Of a DNA stretch of 64,000 bases, positions 38,365 through 51,750 are shown one piece after another; position 1 is the stretch's first letter, and each line of letters starts with the position of its first letter. Below the pieces are notes generated by a model. That model was given only the letters and a program-made list of their open reading frames with translations, was not told the origin of the DNA and did not search any database. The DNA lies in assembly GCA_013239625.1 (NCBI GenBank), contig MU053881.1, positions 4,113,957 through 4,177,956 of the forward strand, written 5' to 3'. The position numbers and the translations under genes are program-made. Source of the DNA: Lama guanicoe. Taxonomy: Eukaryota.

Positions 38365-38950
38365 GTATTTTTAACTGAGATATAGCTGATTTACCATATT
38401 ATGTAAGTTTTAAGTATGTAACAGTGATTCACAATTTCTAAAGGACTCCACGTATAGTTATTATAAAATGTTGGCTATGTTCCCTGTGCTGTACAATATA
38501 TCATTGTAGCTTATTTATTTTATACATAGTAATTTGTACCTCTTAATCCCCTACCCCTGCCTTCCCACCCCCTTTCCTCTTCCCACTGGGAACCACGTTT
38601 GATCTCCATATCTGTGTTTTTTTTCTCTTCTGTTATGTTCATTAGTTTGTTGTATTTTTTTAGATTCCACATATAAGTGATATCATACAGAATTTGTCTT
38701 TCTCTGTCAGACTTATTTCATTTAGCATAATACCCTCTAAGTCCATCCATGCTGCTGCAAATGGCAAAATTTCATTCTTTTTTATGGCCGAGTGGTATTC
38801 CACTGGATACGTATACCACATCGCCTTTGTCCACTCATCATCGGTGGACACTCAGTTCGCTCCCATATCTTGGCTATTGTAAATAATACTGCTATGAATA
38901 TTGGGGCGCATGTGTCTTTCTGAATTAGTGTTTTTACTTTCTCCAGACAT
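38365..38950 (-). mobile_element. 5'-truncated LINE-1 (ORF2 C-terminus + 3'UTR), sense to NSG2
   Basis: ORF 38660-38851(-) contains WYTYPVEYHSAIKKNEILPFAAAWMDLEGIMLNEISLTEKDKFCMISLICGI, and 38782-38988(-) contains KTLIQKDTCAPIFIAVLFTIAKIW. Confidence 0.93.
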
Positions 38951-39053
38951 CTATTACATTTTAAACAGTCTGTAAGGGAGCTTGCCATACCTAGAATTTG
39001 AATGCCAATGACAAGAAGACGTGGGTAAACCCTCTAGTTGAAGTTGACAGTCA

Positions 39054-39374
<321 letters not shown>

Positions 39375-39377
39375 CTA

Positions 39378-39472
39378 TTGTGATATAAGGAATATATAAA
39401 TATATATTTGGTCTGGTTCCTGGTCCCTGGCACAGAGCTACAACCCTTGTAATTTCCTCAGTAGTAAGAGCC
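39378..39472 (+). mobile_element. ERVL LTR fragment (MER21-like)
   Basis: tatatatttggtctggttcctggtccctggcacagagct…acccttgtaatttcct resembles the MER21 5' part. Confidence 0.55.
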
Positions 39473-39658
39473 CTTCCCTGCACTAATTAAGGACTGTGGC
39501 TGATGCTGAGGATGCAATTCAAGGAGAGACGAGCCTGGGGCAATGTGTAGGTGGGAAGAGGACAGATAAGGAAGGACCAGGCTGAAACGTGGGTTTTACC
39601 TCCAGGGTGACAGAGAGCCCTTGAAGTTTTAAGTGGAAGGTTACAGGTTAAGGTTTTA

Positions 39659-39755
39659 TTTTATTATTATTATTTTTAACGAAGGTACTGGGGATCGAAC
39701 CTGGGACCTCAAACATGCTAAGCATGTGCGGTGTCGCTGAGCTCTACCCATCCCC
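39659..39755 (-). mobile_element. tRNA-derived SINE (Vic-1-like)
   Basis: Reverse-complement SINE body with T-rich tail. TSD acaggttaaggtttta (39643-39658) / agaggctaaggtttta (39756-39771). Confidence 0.85.
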
Positions 39756-40799
39756 AGAGGCTAAGGTTTTAAGTGACAGGATCAAAATTGTTTAGAAAGA
39801 TGTCTCTGGGGGCAACAGGGAGGCAGGGAGGCCAGTGGGGAGGCTGATACACTAGGGCATGCCCCAGACGCCGAGGTCAGACCTGGGGCAGTGGGGGTGG
39901 AAGGGGTCGATGGCTTAAGGAGGCCTGGGAGGTGAGCAGAGTGACGTGAAAGGGAAGGAGAAAGGGGCTGTCTCTGGGGAGGAAGGGCGACGTTTGAGCT
40001 GGGTCTGGACTCCTGTTCTTAATGACTGAGCCAGTATTGGCTATTGGGTGGGGTGGGATGGGGAGACTGACGCTGCTGATTGCTTCCAGGGCGAGATTTT
40101 TCTTGAAGGCGGATCTCCAGGGGCATCCTGCAGCTGGCCTCCTCCCTTTCCGACAGATTAGATTTCGTGAAAGTCAGAAGTCCTAGTGCTTGGTCACGGC
40201 CCCAAAGCTCCCAGAGTGGTGGGGCAGCCTCAGAGGACCCGGGAGAGAGCCCTCACTTCCGCACTGAGCACCCCTGAACGTGACAGCCGGCCGCACATCA
40301 AGGCTGATTGACGGGGTTTATGTAATCTGGTTGCTTGGAGACGTTCTAAAGCTCTTGGCTCTGCCTCCTGAATGTAACAGCCCGGGACTAGAAATAAACC
40401 AGCTCTCCGCGCTGGATTTGAGTGTTTCCTTAGTGATGTGGTTCTCCCTGCTCCCCGCCTCCCTGCTCATCCGTTCATTCACTCAGCACGTTTATTAAAG
40501 GGCCCACTGTGAGCCAGACGCCACCACACAGCCATCGCCTGGGGAGCTTACAGCAGGGAGAGGGTCAGACGCCGAACAAGCAGATCACCAAATAAATAAT
40601 TACAAAGTGAGACCTGAGAGGGATCTGGAACAGCGCATGTGAGGGGAGCCTCAGATCGGGTGGGCGGTGGCGGGACAAGGAGCCCCACAGGAGCAGCTAT
40701 ACCCCAGACTGAGGTGTGGCCCCAAAGACCCTAAAAAGAAGAGGAGCTCGGGGTCCCAGTGGGCCGGGAAGGAGCAGTCTGCCTGAGATGAAGGGGACA

Positions 40800-41290
40800 A
40801 GGGGGAGAGAGAACTGGGACAAGGCCCTGTGGGACTTTAGAGACCAAGATCACCCTTGTCCTGCCCAGGAGAGGGGCTTCCTCCAACGACCAGCCCAGTG
40901 CTTTCCGGGGAACGTCCAGCTCAGCCTGACCTCCGCCTGCCACCCTCTAGCCTCTCAGGTCAGTGCTCCCCGGCTCACAGGTTCCCCTCCTCCCACCCCA
41001 GCTCTCTGAGAGCTCCTGCTGTCATGCTTCTCTGGGCCTTGGCCCAGGCCTGGGACACCTCCCCGCCTTCCTCATCAGCCTCCTGGTCCAGCCCAGAGGC
41101 CTGTTCCCCGAACACCTGGTCCCGCCCTGCTCTGTAGCCGAGTCTGCTTGCGCCTCCCCAGTGCCTCTTCACACCTCTGATCCCTGCCTGCACTGGGAGC
41201 GTCTCAGGCAGCCCCCAGTCTCATCCTCTCCTCTGTGCCCGGCACCGTGCCTCCCCCAGCAGGGACCCGTAAACACTTCCTGAACTGAAG
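40800..41290 (+). mobile_element. LINE-2 3' fragment
   Basis: …ctgcactgggagcgtctcaggc…gtctcatc…ctgtgcccggcaccgtgcc…gtaaacacttcctgaactgaa resembles an L2 3' end. Confidence 0.55.
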
Positions 41291-41320
41291 TGCTAAAGTG
41301 AATTAAGACTGGGGCACAGT

Positions 41321-41340
41321 CACACACACACACATTCACA

Positions 41341-41378
<38 letters not shown>
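41321..41378. repeat. (CA)n microsatellite
   Basis: Visible CA run. Confidence 0.95.
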
Positions 41379-41379
<1 letters not shown>

Positions 41380-41482
41380 TCTTCCCAGACAAACAGACAG
41401 ACATGCAACATGGCCTAAACCACACTGCGTTCATGAGGGATGGGCCACTGAAGCCTCTGTTCTTTTCCACCCCTAGTATCTT

Positions 41483-41588
41483 TTTTTTTTTTTAGTTAAT
41501 TTATTTTTTAATGGAGGTACTGGGGATTGAACCCAGGACCTCGTGCATGCTAAGCACACACTCTACCACTGAGCTGTACCCGCCCCCA
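41483..41588 (-). mobile_element. tRNA-derived SINE (Vic-1-like)
   Basis: Well-preserved copy. TSD ccacccctagtatctt (41467-41482) / ccacccttagtctctt (41589-41604). Confidence 0.92.
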
Positions 41589-43104
41589 CCACCCTTAGTC
41601 TCTTATCCCCATTTTATTGATGGAGATACTGAGGCTCTGAGAGGTTAACTGACTTGCCTAAGGTCCCTAATTTAGTAAAAGATAAATCTAGACAATGCTT
41701 CGAGGTGCCTCCAGGCCACCTTGGACTCACCATGCCAGAACCAGCCTGGTGTCTTCCCCTCAGCCATGGTGGGAGGCAGTTCTGCCCACCCACCTTTGTA
41801 GCTTGATCTCCCGCAGACATCCCCAACATCCCTCACTTCTCCCCCCGAGCCCCACCCCAGTCAGCCCCCAGCGCCTGGAGCTTCTGCCTCTAGCGTGGTT
41901 TGTTGATCTCTCTCCACCATCCTCGTCATAACTTCCCTGGGTCAGACCAGCATCACCCACCCCTGCATGCAGTGGCCTCCTCGTTGCTCCCCTGAGCTCC
42001 AGTCTCCCAGCTTCCAGACCACTCCAGACTTTCTAACAAGCCACCCCAGTCACGCTGCTTCCCAGGTGAATGAGCTGTCACACCTACGGGGTCAAGTCTG
42101 AACTCCTTCCAGAGCAGACAAGGTCCTTCCCGATGCAACCTCGGTTTGCCCCTTCCGCCCAACCCCATCTCTCCGCTGTCTGACTGCACCCTCGTCTCCC
42201 CCACCTCCAAGCTCTTGCACCCGCTGGTCCCTCTGCCCGGAAGGCCAGCTTCCCCTTTCTAGTCCATCAAGTCCCTGCTCATCCCAGATCCAGTTCAAGC
42301 TCTTCTCTTCCCCAGCGTCTTCAGGTGATATTTGGCCACTGCCCTGTCTGCTCACAGCTCCCAGAGACATTTGTCCCAGAGTGCCTCGTTATTATCCCCA
42401 CTTTACAGCTGTGCACACTAAGGCACACAGGCGCAGCGTAACTTATCTGAGGTCAAGTGGTTATTGAAGTAGCAGGGCCTGATCAGAACTCTGGAATACC
42501 TGATTCTGAAGCCCTCAATCCCAAACCCTACCTTAGCCAGCCTTTTGATAAGTGTTTCTCAGCCCTGCAGCTGCATTTGCTTGCAAAAATGCAACGAAGC
42601 AAAGCGAAGTGTGCTGTAAACTTCTCCTGGGAGGACGCATCGCCACGGACATGAAACCCCGGGAGTTAGGAAGAGGGAAGAGAAAAACAAACACCCTCCC
42701 GCCGTCTGCCAAGTCAGGACGCTGATCTAGGACCCTCCTTACGCCAGGAAACGTCAACTTCATTAACATCCGTGCACTGTAGCACCTCGGCCCCACAACA
42801 CCCAATAAACCACCCTTCTGTAGGAAGAATGCAAACCCTGGAAACCTCAAAGCAATAGAACCACTCACATAGGGGAAATTAAACTTTGTGGGGAGAGAAA
42901 AACAGAGCCGCCCGACAGACATTCGTCTTTTGTATGTGACAGCTGGAACCTCCAGAGACAGAATGAGGCCGCCTGGCGCCTGGCGCCTGGCTCTGCCCCA
43001 GAGATCCTGACAATGGGGCTCGAGCGGAAAGTGCGAGGGGTCGCGGAATCCATAAATTCTGCCCACATGACGCCCGGGTTCCCTGGGCCTCTCCCCAGGA
43101 CCGA

Positions 43105-43530
43105 GCAGTGAAGGGAGCGGAGTTTTTGGAGCCTGACTGTCTACCCTGGAAGCCCAGCTCTGTCACTTATTTGCTGTGTCCCTGGACAAGCTGCTCGCCC
43201 TTCGGAATCCTCCGCTTACTTCTCTCCAAAATGGAGGTGACACTGTGGCCACCTCACACCAGCTGTTGTTAAAGCAGAACATGGTAGTGCCCGGGGATCC
43301 TCAAGGAGGGGCCCGGCCCGAGGTAAGGACCTTAGTCAGCATCCAGGGGGAGCACCCACACAGTACATCACTTTGTGTCCTCACAATTCTGTGGGGAAGG
43401 TACAATCGCTGGGCCCATTTTACAGATGGTCTACCAGAGGCAGGTGGAATGACTTTACCTATATGAGGCGGGTGTGAGGATTTGAACTCAGGTCTGTCTG
43501 AGTCAGAAGTCTGCCCGCTAACCATGTGTT
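43105..43530. mobile_element. Two adjacent MIR SINEs in opposite orientation
   Basis: Plus copy cccagctctgtcacttatttgctgtgtccctggacaag (about 43105-43290) and minus copy cccattttacagatg…ggatttgaactcaggtctgtctga (about 43350-43530). Confidence 0.7.
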
Positions 43531-44826
43531 CTACTGCCAATAAATCTATTACTACATTAGAGTTTATTTTTATTAAAAATGTACTGAACCATTCTGTGAA
43601 CAAACCCATGAGAATCCAGCCACCATCTCGAGTCCATTTTCACACTCTTGCTCCTTGCACGGCCACATGCATCCCTGCCTAAACCTGGGGCCCTCTGTCC
43701 CTCCCCATTTCAGCCATTGGTGGCCCATCCAACTTTCTCTGATCACGTGGAACGTCCTCACGTGCCTCGTCCAGACCACCCCAGAGCAAGGCAGGTTTCA
43801 GCGACACGATGCAAAATGGCCCCAAGTCATTATGCTAACCTACACAAAACTGTCAGGAGGTACAACCAAGATGAGTAACGCAAATGGCAAACTGCCGTGT
43901 AAATGCAAAAAGGATAAACTGACACTTCTCACTGCCACCACTGTCATCCTCACAACCGCGCGTCATTTGAGCCGAACTGGGTCCAGTTATTTCCTCAGCA
44001 CGAGGACCATCAGCTGTTACGCTGTGTTACCATCACCTGTGACCTGTCCTCCCCGACCCACTAATAGTCCCTCAGGGACAGGGCAATGGCTTCTGTCTTT
44101 GGGCTTCCGAGGGCCTGAGTGAGGGTCTTACTATTTAAAGCATTTGCTGGTGATTCATGTGGATGGGGCAGAAAAGCACCTCAGCCATGGGCCACCTGCC
44201 TCCCCCTCCCAAGCCATCATCCCCATTGGCCACCAGCAGGACCTTCCTAAATTACTCCTCTGAACCTTTCATCGTGCGGCTGAAGATCCCTTGTGAGCCC
44301 CCTGGGTCCGGGACCTTGCTGAGCATCAGAGCCACCTAAGGAGACTGATCAGATGCAGAGCCCCGTGCCCTCCACTCAGAGAGCCAAGTCCCCTTGGTTT
44401 GCACGGCTCCCACAAGTCAGCATTCGCACCCAAGTCCAGGAGGTTTGGATGCAAGTGACCTGGAGCTTGCAGTTAGATCAAGACAAGAGCCAAAATCCTA
44501 TTCTGGCTTCTGAAGAGAAGAGAGCAAGGAATTCCTGTCTTTGATGGTTGGACACTCAGCGCTTTACAGAGATGACCTCACTCCGTCCTACCCGGTGTCC
44601 CATAAAGTTGGTACTGTCCGTATTCCTGTTTCTCAGACGATGAAACCGAGGATCGCAGAGGTTGGGGAGTTGTCAGGATTTCCCACGCCATCAGTGGTCG
44701 AGCCAGACCTAGAAACCAGGGCTGTCTGGATCCAACACACATCTTCTTGCCTCGGTGCTGCCCTGTCTTCATGCTCTGCCCCTGCTTACCTGTCCCACAG
44801 TACCAGCTGCTACAGCCCTGGGCAGC

Positions 44827-44945
44827 CTCACACAGACACAGAGACACACGCAGATGCACAGAGACACAGGGAGACACACACCCATGAGCAGATACACACA
44901 GACTCACACACAGACATACATGGACATACACAGACACGCCCACAT
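44827..44945. repeat. Degenerate CA/GA low-complexity repeat
   Basis: cacacagacacagagacacac… array; produces the T/H/Q-rich parts of the long ORFs here. Confidence 0.85.
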
Positions 44946-45904
44946 GGCTAGAGTCCCAGTTCCGGAAAGTTCTAGGCTCTCTGCTACTGGCATGACTTTC
45001 CACGTCCTCCCCCTGGAGGGCGTGTCCCACACACACCAGGAAGCCTTCCCAGATCTTTCCCTCAGGAGTGAGGACTGCCTCGGTTCCCCTGCACCCCATC
45101 CTGGCCACAGTCCCCTGTTGCTCTGCGTTATCACGACTTCTTGGCCCATCAGCCCACCCCACCCGACCCTGGGCTCCTCCAGGGCAGGGACTGGACCTCA
45201 CCGATCCTCCCGCCAGGTCTTGGCCAGAGCTCAGCCCAAAGAGCACAGGAGTGGGCTTCAAAGGGCTCACACCCATTTCCGCCAGCCCAGAGCCAGGCCC
45301 CAGAGCAGGGCCGTGGTGTCCTCCACCCGGGGGGCCATCCACGCTCGTCCCGCCACAGTCAGAGATGCAGCGCTGCCTCACTGCATCCCAGCCCAGCCTT
45401 GTTTAGACGCAGCCTGCATCCGCATCTCCATGGAGACGCCAGCCCTGCGGCCCGAACAGCACGTTCCATTAAGCTACTTTCATTCCTCAATCCCCTTTCT
45501 TGGCAGAAGAGTTGATTAAAAAAAAAAAAAAAAAAAATCAGGTCAGCAAAATTGGTTTGGAAAATTAGAAATCATCTCCAAGTTCCAATGTGTGGCACTG
45601 CTAGGCGTGCCTGCGGGGGGGCTTCTGAGCCAGATAAGCCACTCGGCGTCTGCCAGTAATTCCTGCAAGGGCGAGAAGCAACGGCTGCCGATAACACAGC
45701 CGCGCGCTCAGCGGGGTCCCCCCGGACAGAAGGGGCCGCGCTGGGAGGCGGCAGCATTTCTGCCCCTACTCAATCTGCTGCTTTTGTCCGTGAGGAGGAA
45801 GGGCTCTCTACCCAGCCTCCTACCTCCGCATCCCTCCCACCCTCCAGACACACACACACACACACACACACCCCCTACCTGCAAGGAGTCTGGGGGCAGT
45901 TTTC

Positions 45905-46440
45905 ACAGGATGGACTGTTAGCACGGCAGACCTGAGTCTGCAGCTCCTGGAAAGGCCTGCTCGCCATGCTGGCCCTCAGCTGGCCCCTGCGAACTCGGGT
46001 ATCAGAAGGGCCCCACCATTCCCAGAACTAACAAGAGGGACTGACCGTGCCTTAACTACACAAACAATATGCTTTATGCTGAACACCTGCCCCTTCCTTC
46101 CCGAGTCGGGGACCCGAGCACCTGCTAGGCTGGGGTGCCGATGTGACCAGCCCTCCAGCTGAAACCCCGGGCACTGAGACTCTTACAAGTTCCTCTCCGT
46201 AAGTGTGCCCCCAGCTCACTGCTGGGGGAAGTGAGTGTGTCCCACGCGACTCCACTAGGAGCGGCCCCCTTAAGCTCCTGCCTGGTGTCCTCTGGACTCG
46301 ACCCCCTGCACCTTTACCCTTTGCTGTCTATACTTTGTGTCCCTTCCCCGTAATGAAATATTGTCACGACTACAGCTGTGTGCTGAGCGCTGCGAGCCCT
46401 TCCAGTGATGCACCGACCCAGGGTGGCCTCAGCGCCCCAC
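45905..46440 (+). mobile_element. ERVL solo LTR (MER68-like)
   Basis: gaaaggcctgct…ggccct…cccaccattcccagaact…aacaatatgctttatgctgaacacctgc…gtgaccagccc…gggcactgag…gactccact…ccctttgctg follows MER68 as I recall it. Confidence 0.8.
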
Positions 46441-49400
46441 GCTCCCCCTTTTGGGTTCCCCCGAAAGGAGAGGATCTTATTTTTCAGAACTGACAGCAAT
46501 GGCTATGCTTTACCACGAACGCTGTGCCTTAGAGGCAGGCGCCGGGTTCCCATCATTAACCCGTCCCTTCCTGCCCCTGAGCCCTGGCCCCAGGAACATG
46601 ACTTCTCTGACCCCTCGCCTCCGGGGTCAGGACACGGGTAAAGGTCTCGCTTCTCCCGCACAGGAGGAGCCTGGGCCATCGCTTTCCCGTCCCTGGATGT
46701 GAGTGGAGCCTATCACTTGGTCCTAACCAACAAGCAGAGCAAAGGTGAAAGGATGTCACTTCAATGATTATATTCCGCCACCTAAGACTGCTTTGCCAGC
46801 AGACTCGCCCTGGAGACTCCTGTCCACCCCTCCCCTCTCCCTGAGGCATCCTGACCAAGGTTATCCCTGGCCGAGCCCAACGCTGGGAACTGGGAACAGA
46901 CACTCTCTCCCCTACCTTCCACCTCAATTTGCCCTCCAGGGATGGTGAGCATCCATCACATGAGATTCCTGGGGTGTGAAGGGTGTGAAGCTAGGGAATC
47001 ACTTAGGCCTCCCATCCTGAGCCTCAGGCTACCCTGTGCTCCTCTCAGGTTACTGGCCACCAGGTGAACAGAGCAGCTCTTCATCTGCCATGTGGGGCCC
47101 ATCCTTAAATACAGATCTCCTTGGTTGGCAGGGAGCCTCGGAAGGAGAGAGTGGAAGGATTCTGGCACCAAAACTTCCCCTGGCTCTTGTCCGTCTATGG
47201 GTGCTGGTGTGCAGGCCGATCCCTCAGCCACTTGACACGGTCAAGGGCTCACCATTCTCACCCTGAATCACACCCAGCAGCCAAATCTACCCTCCAATCG
47301 CGAATGTCCTCAGGTCAGCTGTGTATGTTTCAGGTGGAATAGCTTTCCATCAGTCTGTTCTGTCTCAATAAAGAAACAAAAATGAGGTGGCAGCCAGAGC
47401 CTTCGCTTGAAAGCCAGAAACCCACATGTCTAGATTCTAACCCCACCACCTTCTGGTCCTCTTACTACGTTTCCTGGACCTCGGCTTTCCGAGGATGAAA
47501 TGAGATCGCTGTATGAAAACTCTGAGGGCAACCCCTGTCTCAGAGCCGGTGCTCGGATGCTTGTCCCAAGATCTAGAAAGAATGAACACGCCTCAGGATC
47601 TAAAATCGTGTGCCCTCTGCCTGCCCCATGGGCCCATGTTTTCAATGATTTTTTTTTTCATGCCAAACGGACTGCGTTCACTTAATTCTAATGAGTTCAT
47701 TCTCTCGTTTGGGGTTCATCAGACTCACGCACATAGCTGTGAGGGGGAGCAATCAGAGGGATGGAAACAAAGACCCGTGGGGTTAGTGTTGGCTCGTTTG
47801 AACTGATCAGAAGAAAAGAAATTGGATTTTTTTGGGGGGTGGTGATTTATGAAATATTGGGATGAGACTGAAGACGGCCATCACTACTAGCCAGAGCCGA
47901 TCCAGCGAGCGCGGACTCTGAGAACATACACATGTCCACACACAGCTCCTCCCCCACTGCCTGTGTGACCGCAGACAAGTTCTGTGACATCGCTGAGGCT
48001 CAGATTCTCCATCTATGAGATGGGAGTTACAATGATCCCTAGCTCTCGAGGCACTGAAAGGCAACACGAGATCGCGCAGATCACCCGCCTGGCTGTGGCC
48101 GGAAGCGGTGCATTTGCTCAGTAAGTAGCTCCTAAGTGAATGTGTCAGAATGATTTCCGCCACGATATTGTCTCTTGGGTAGAAATGCCAACCCTAAAAC
48201 GGCAGGACAGGTCCGGAGGCTGAGCGTCTCTTCTGTTTACCGCCTGTGTCCTGTTTAATTCCTCGGGTGGGGTCAGTCCCCCATATCCTGGATGGTTTCA
48301 TTGGAAAGGCTTAAAATGGACTTCAAGAATTATTAAGCCTGGGGTAGACGATTTAACTTTATTTCTTATTAACAACTCTTAAAAGCAACCCTATAAGGCA
48401 TGTCTTAGTTTTCCTGTTGTGTAAATGAAGAACATAAGACCTGAAGAAGCTAAATCACTTGCCTAAGTAAACTAAAATAACAAATAGAGAAGCAGCATTT
48501 GAACCCAGATGTGAGCCCCAAGGCTGCGTGTCCCTTCCACCCGCTCCACTTCCTCCAGAGTGGCTGCTCCCAGAGTGGCTGTTTGGAATACAAAGTTTCG
48601 CTCCATCCCAAACCACAAAGACTGTGCATCACACTGTTTGGTCAGCTCCCCGTGGAAGCTCCCCCCAAACCCATTAAAGAAGTCCATCCTCTAGGACCCC
48701 AGTGAATCCCGCTGAGTAAATTGCCTTTTGAAAGGGAAGGGAAAATGAAACATCTGTGGCCTCAAACTTTATGTGAGCAATAATTCAAGAGTGTCTCACA
48801 ACCCAGAAAGGGCACCTCCCCACGGAGGGAGGAACTGAATAGAAGCGTGGTCCCGGCTACAGCCAGCAATTCATTCATATTAGTGGAACCCTTGAAAGAG
48901 AAAAAGAACAATTTAAATTGGAACATTCCAAAGCAATAACTCATTTCCCAATTTAATTTGCTATTGGCATAATCATTAGAAGGAAGAAACGAGGGTCCGT
49001 TTATGTAGGAGATAAATCTCTGGCCTCCTGAAGTATTTTTCATTTTGAAAGTGCAAACCGGTGTTCAACTTGGACCAGAGGATGTGAAGACCTTTGAGAG
49101 TAAGCCTCTCAGAGGCTGGAGAGACTGAGACCTTCCTTCACAAGGTTGTGTCTCTATGAGGCGATCAATCAAAGGCAAATGCAGGACTGAGATCTTAACT
49201 AACGTGCTTAGATCTCAACAACCTATCGAAGGGAGGAGCCAACCTTTCTTGATCACCTACTGTGTGCAAGCACGGAGCCAACAAACCACAGCCCTGAGGG
49301 TAAAGTCCAGGTGTGGGGACTGGAGGGACCTGGCGGGAACAGGTCCCATCCCCCAGGGACAGCAGCTGCTCAGCTCCAGACAGCTGTTGTCAAGGCGGGG

Positions 49401-50454
49401 AATGAGGCCCTCCTATGGCTTCTCTTCTGCATTTTCAAGAAAAGATGGAGATTCTGCACATAAGTGAAATTTCCCAGTTCTTAAACTGGAGGCAGAATAG
49501 ACAAGGCTATGCTTTCTTTCATCATTCATTCCAAATCTTTCAATGACCCTGTAAAGTCAGTCTTTTTAACCCTCTTTTATAGGAAATAAGGCTCCAAAAA
49601 GGATTGGTCCAGCATCCGAAAGCCAGTAAAGGCCAAAACCAGGACTTGCTCCCAATCTGTTCTGGGAGGGAGGGGATGCGGTCCAGCGTGAGGAGGAGAG
49701 TGTGACTGGTCTGGGGCTAAGTGGAGAGCCAGCCCCAGGGGGCACCAAGAGCACAGTGACACTTACTGTCCAGGGCAGCGTGGGGGATTCCAGGGGGGAG
49801 CACGTGTCTGCAACACAGCTGCAGAGAGGCCCAGCTCTGTCCTCCCCGGAGCGGGGACGTGGGGTCTGGAGGAGGAGGACCTAGCATTCACTGAGCACCC
49901 GCTACAAGCCAGGCCCCGGGCTCTACACTCATTCCTTTACCCCGTCCACACAGCAGCTATCTGATGAAGACGTCATTATCCCTGCCTTACCGAGGGGACT
50001 TTTCCCACGGCCACCTTCCCAGTCAGGCCAGGTGGAGCTTTCTAATTCTGGAATTTGCTCGAAACACCCGCACCTTCCTCCCGCCTGGGCTGTCAGGCAA
50101 GGAGAGGCCTGGAGCTTCCACAGCGATGTTGTCAATCACCAGCGTTTTGTAAAAATGGTCCAGACCAGAAGCCTCATAAATCTTACCAGGGTTATTTTGC
50201 ACAAAGTGGAACTCGGTGAATTAAGATGTCACACGAGCCTTGCTGTTTGCACAGGGAGGGACCGCAGCTACAAATCTGTACCAATGTGCAGGCACCTGGG
50301 CTTTGAGCAGACAGGTCATGAAATTTGTTTACTGCTGCTGTGATTATGATTTTTATTATTAAGAAAAGGAGAGGCGTCCAAGGCTTGAGGGCCCAGGCAG
50401 TGTGGCATCCAGTCTCAGCTACGCAGAGACTGGGACACAGGCATCTAAAAAGGA

Positions 50455-50620
50455 AGCAGTGTCAGGTGATGCACGAAGGAGTCAGGCTTTAGCATCGGCC
50501 TGGCCTGGGATCCTGTCTCTGCTCCACCACTTACTGTCTGTGTGGCCTTAGGCAGGTGGCGCTACCTCTCTGAGCCTCAGTCTCCTCACCTGCAAAAATG
50601 AGATAAAGCATAACACCCAG
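50455..50620 (+). mobile_element. MIR SINE
   Basis: ctccaccacttactgtctgtgtggccttaggcagg…cctctctgagcctcagtctcctcacctgcaaaa. Confidence 0.8.
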
Positions 50621-51609
50621 TACCAGGCACATCGGTAGGACTCCCAGAGACACTGGATTAAAGCTCCCAGCAACGCTGCATATTATCACTGTCCCTGTTA
50701 TTGAAATGCATTCCTTAAGCAGTTGCCTGTAGAGCCACCTGCTTGATGCCCTGTCACTAAAATAGCAGGACGCCTGGCTAGACCTCTTAATTTCATCAAA
50801 ACGGTTTGTTGAGTCACAGCCTTAATTAACTTTCCCATGGCTTCGCTGGGAAACCGTGTTTCAGGCCCTTGCCTTTCGTCCCCGCTCCCTGACTCCGGAT
50901 AATGGAAGTTCCCATCTCATAAACTGGTCTGACTCGACCGAGATGAGCAAATCACCCAGCAGACACACAAGGATGCACCCACGGCCAGCCTGCGACGCTG
51001 CAGGGACCTCTCCGCACGGCATTAAGGCCAGGGCTCAGAACCTAATGAAATCACCTTCCCTCAACCGAGCTCCCTACAGCGGCTGCAATCTGGGTCCCCG
51101 CTTTGTGAGCTTATCCAACCGTGACCTCCGGCTGTGTCTTCCCAGCAGCTCTGGCAGGAAGAGCTGGGCATCGTGACCCCAAGTGAAGGGTCAGCGTGTT
51201 TCCTATATTCAAAGCTGCTCTTGGCAGGGTTGCGGGAAACCGTGGGGCTGGGGGTGAGGTTCAGGTCAGGGCTGCTTTCCGGGTACAGAAAATAAAGCGG
51301 CACAGAAGATACGGAGTGCAGAATGTTCTCAGCTGCAGGCTCCATGGTGGGAAACAGCACGGCAGCTGAGAAAGCCTGGTGGGACTTGAATTTTGACTGA
51401 ACTGTTTGCTTCTTGGGGGCCCTGCTCTTAAGGATTTCTCTTGGTAGCCCCTGCATCTGCCAGGGCTTGACTGCAGTAGGCGCTGGATAAATCTGTGCTA
51501 AGTAACTAAATGCCACCTAACTAGTTTCATGCATCTTATTTTCATCACACCCCTACCTTTTTTCCAGAAATGACTTAAGGCAGCTTACAGACTGCGTGAT
51601 TTAGTAATC

Positions 51610-51750
51610 ACCAACATTCACTAAGTGTTCCCAGTGTGCCGAGTTCTGCCCCGAGCACTTTATATGGTTAGCCTTTTACGTCTTCACGACAATCTTCTGA
51701 TATAGGGGTTATTATTATTATTGTCCCCATTTTACAGATGAGGAAAGTAG
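51610..51750 (-). mobile_element. MIR SINE
   Basis: ttattattgtccccattttacagatgaggaaa. Confidence 0.75.

Noticed and set aside
35830..38950. Inverted L1 or MIR pairs in the last intron forming dsRNA or driving circRNA
   Set aside because: The copies are from different, diverged subfamilies and do not flank an exon. The two nearby young SINEs share one orientation.
44541..45519. Longest N-free ORFs (267 aa minus, 254 aa plus)
   Set aside because: GC-rich and overlapping on both strands. They span an MIR and a CA/GA low-complexity repeat, and show no recognisable domain.
49731..49746. CTCF-like motifs (also about 47054-47070 and 53422-53438)
   Set aside because: Partial matches only; not supportable without PWM scoring or ChIP data.
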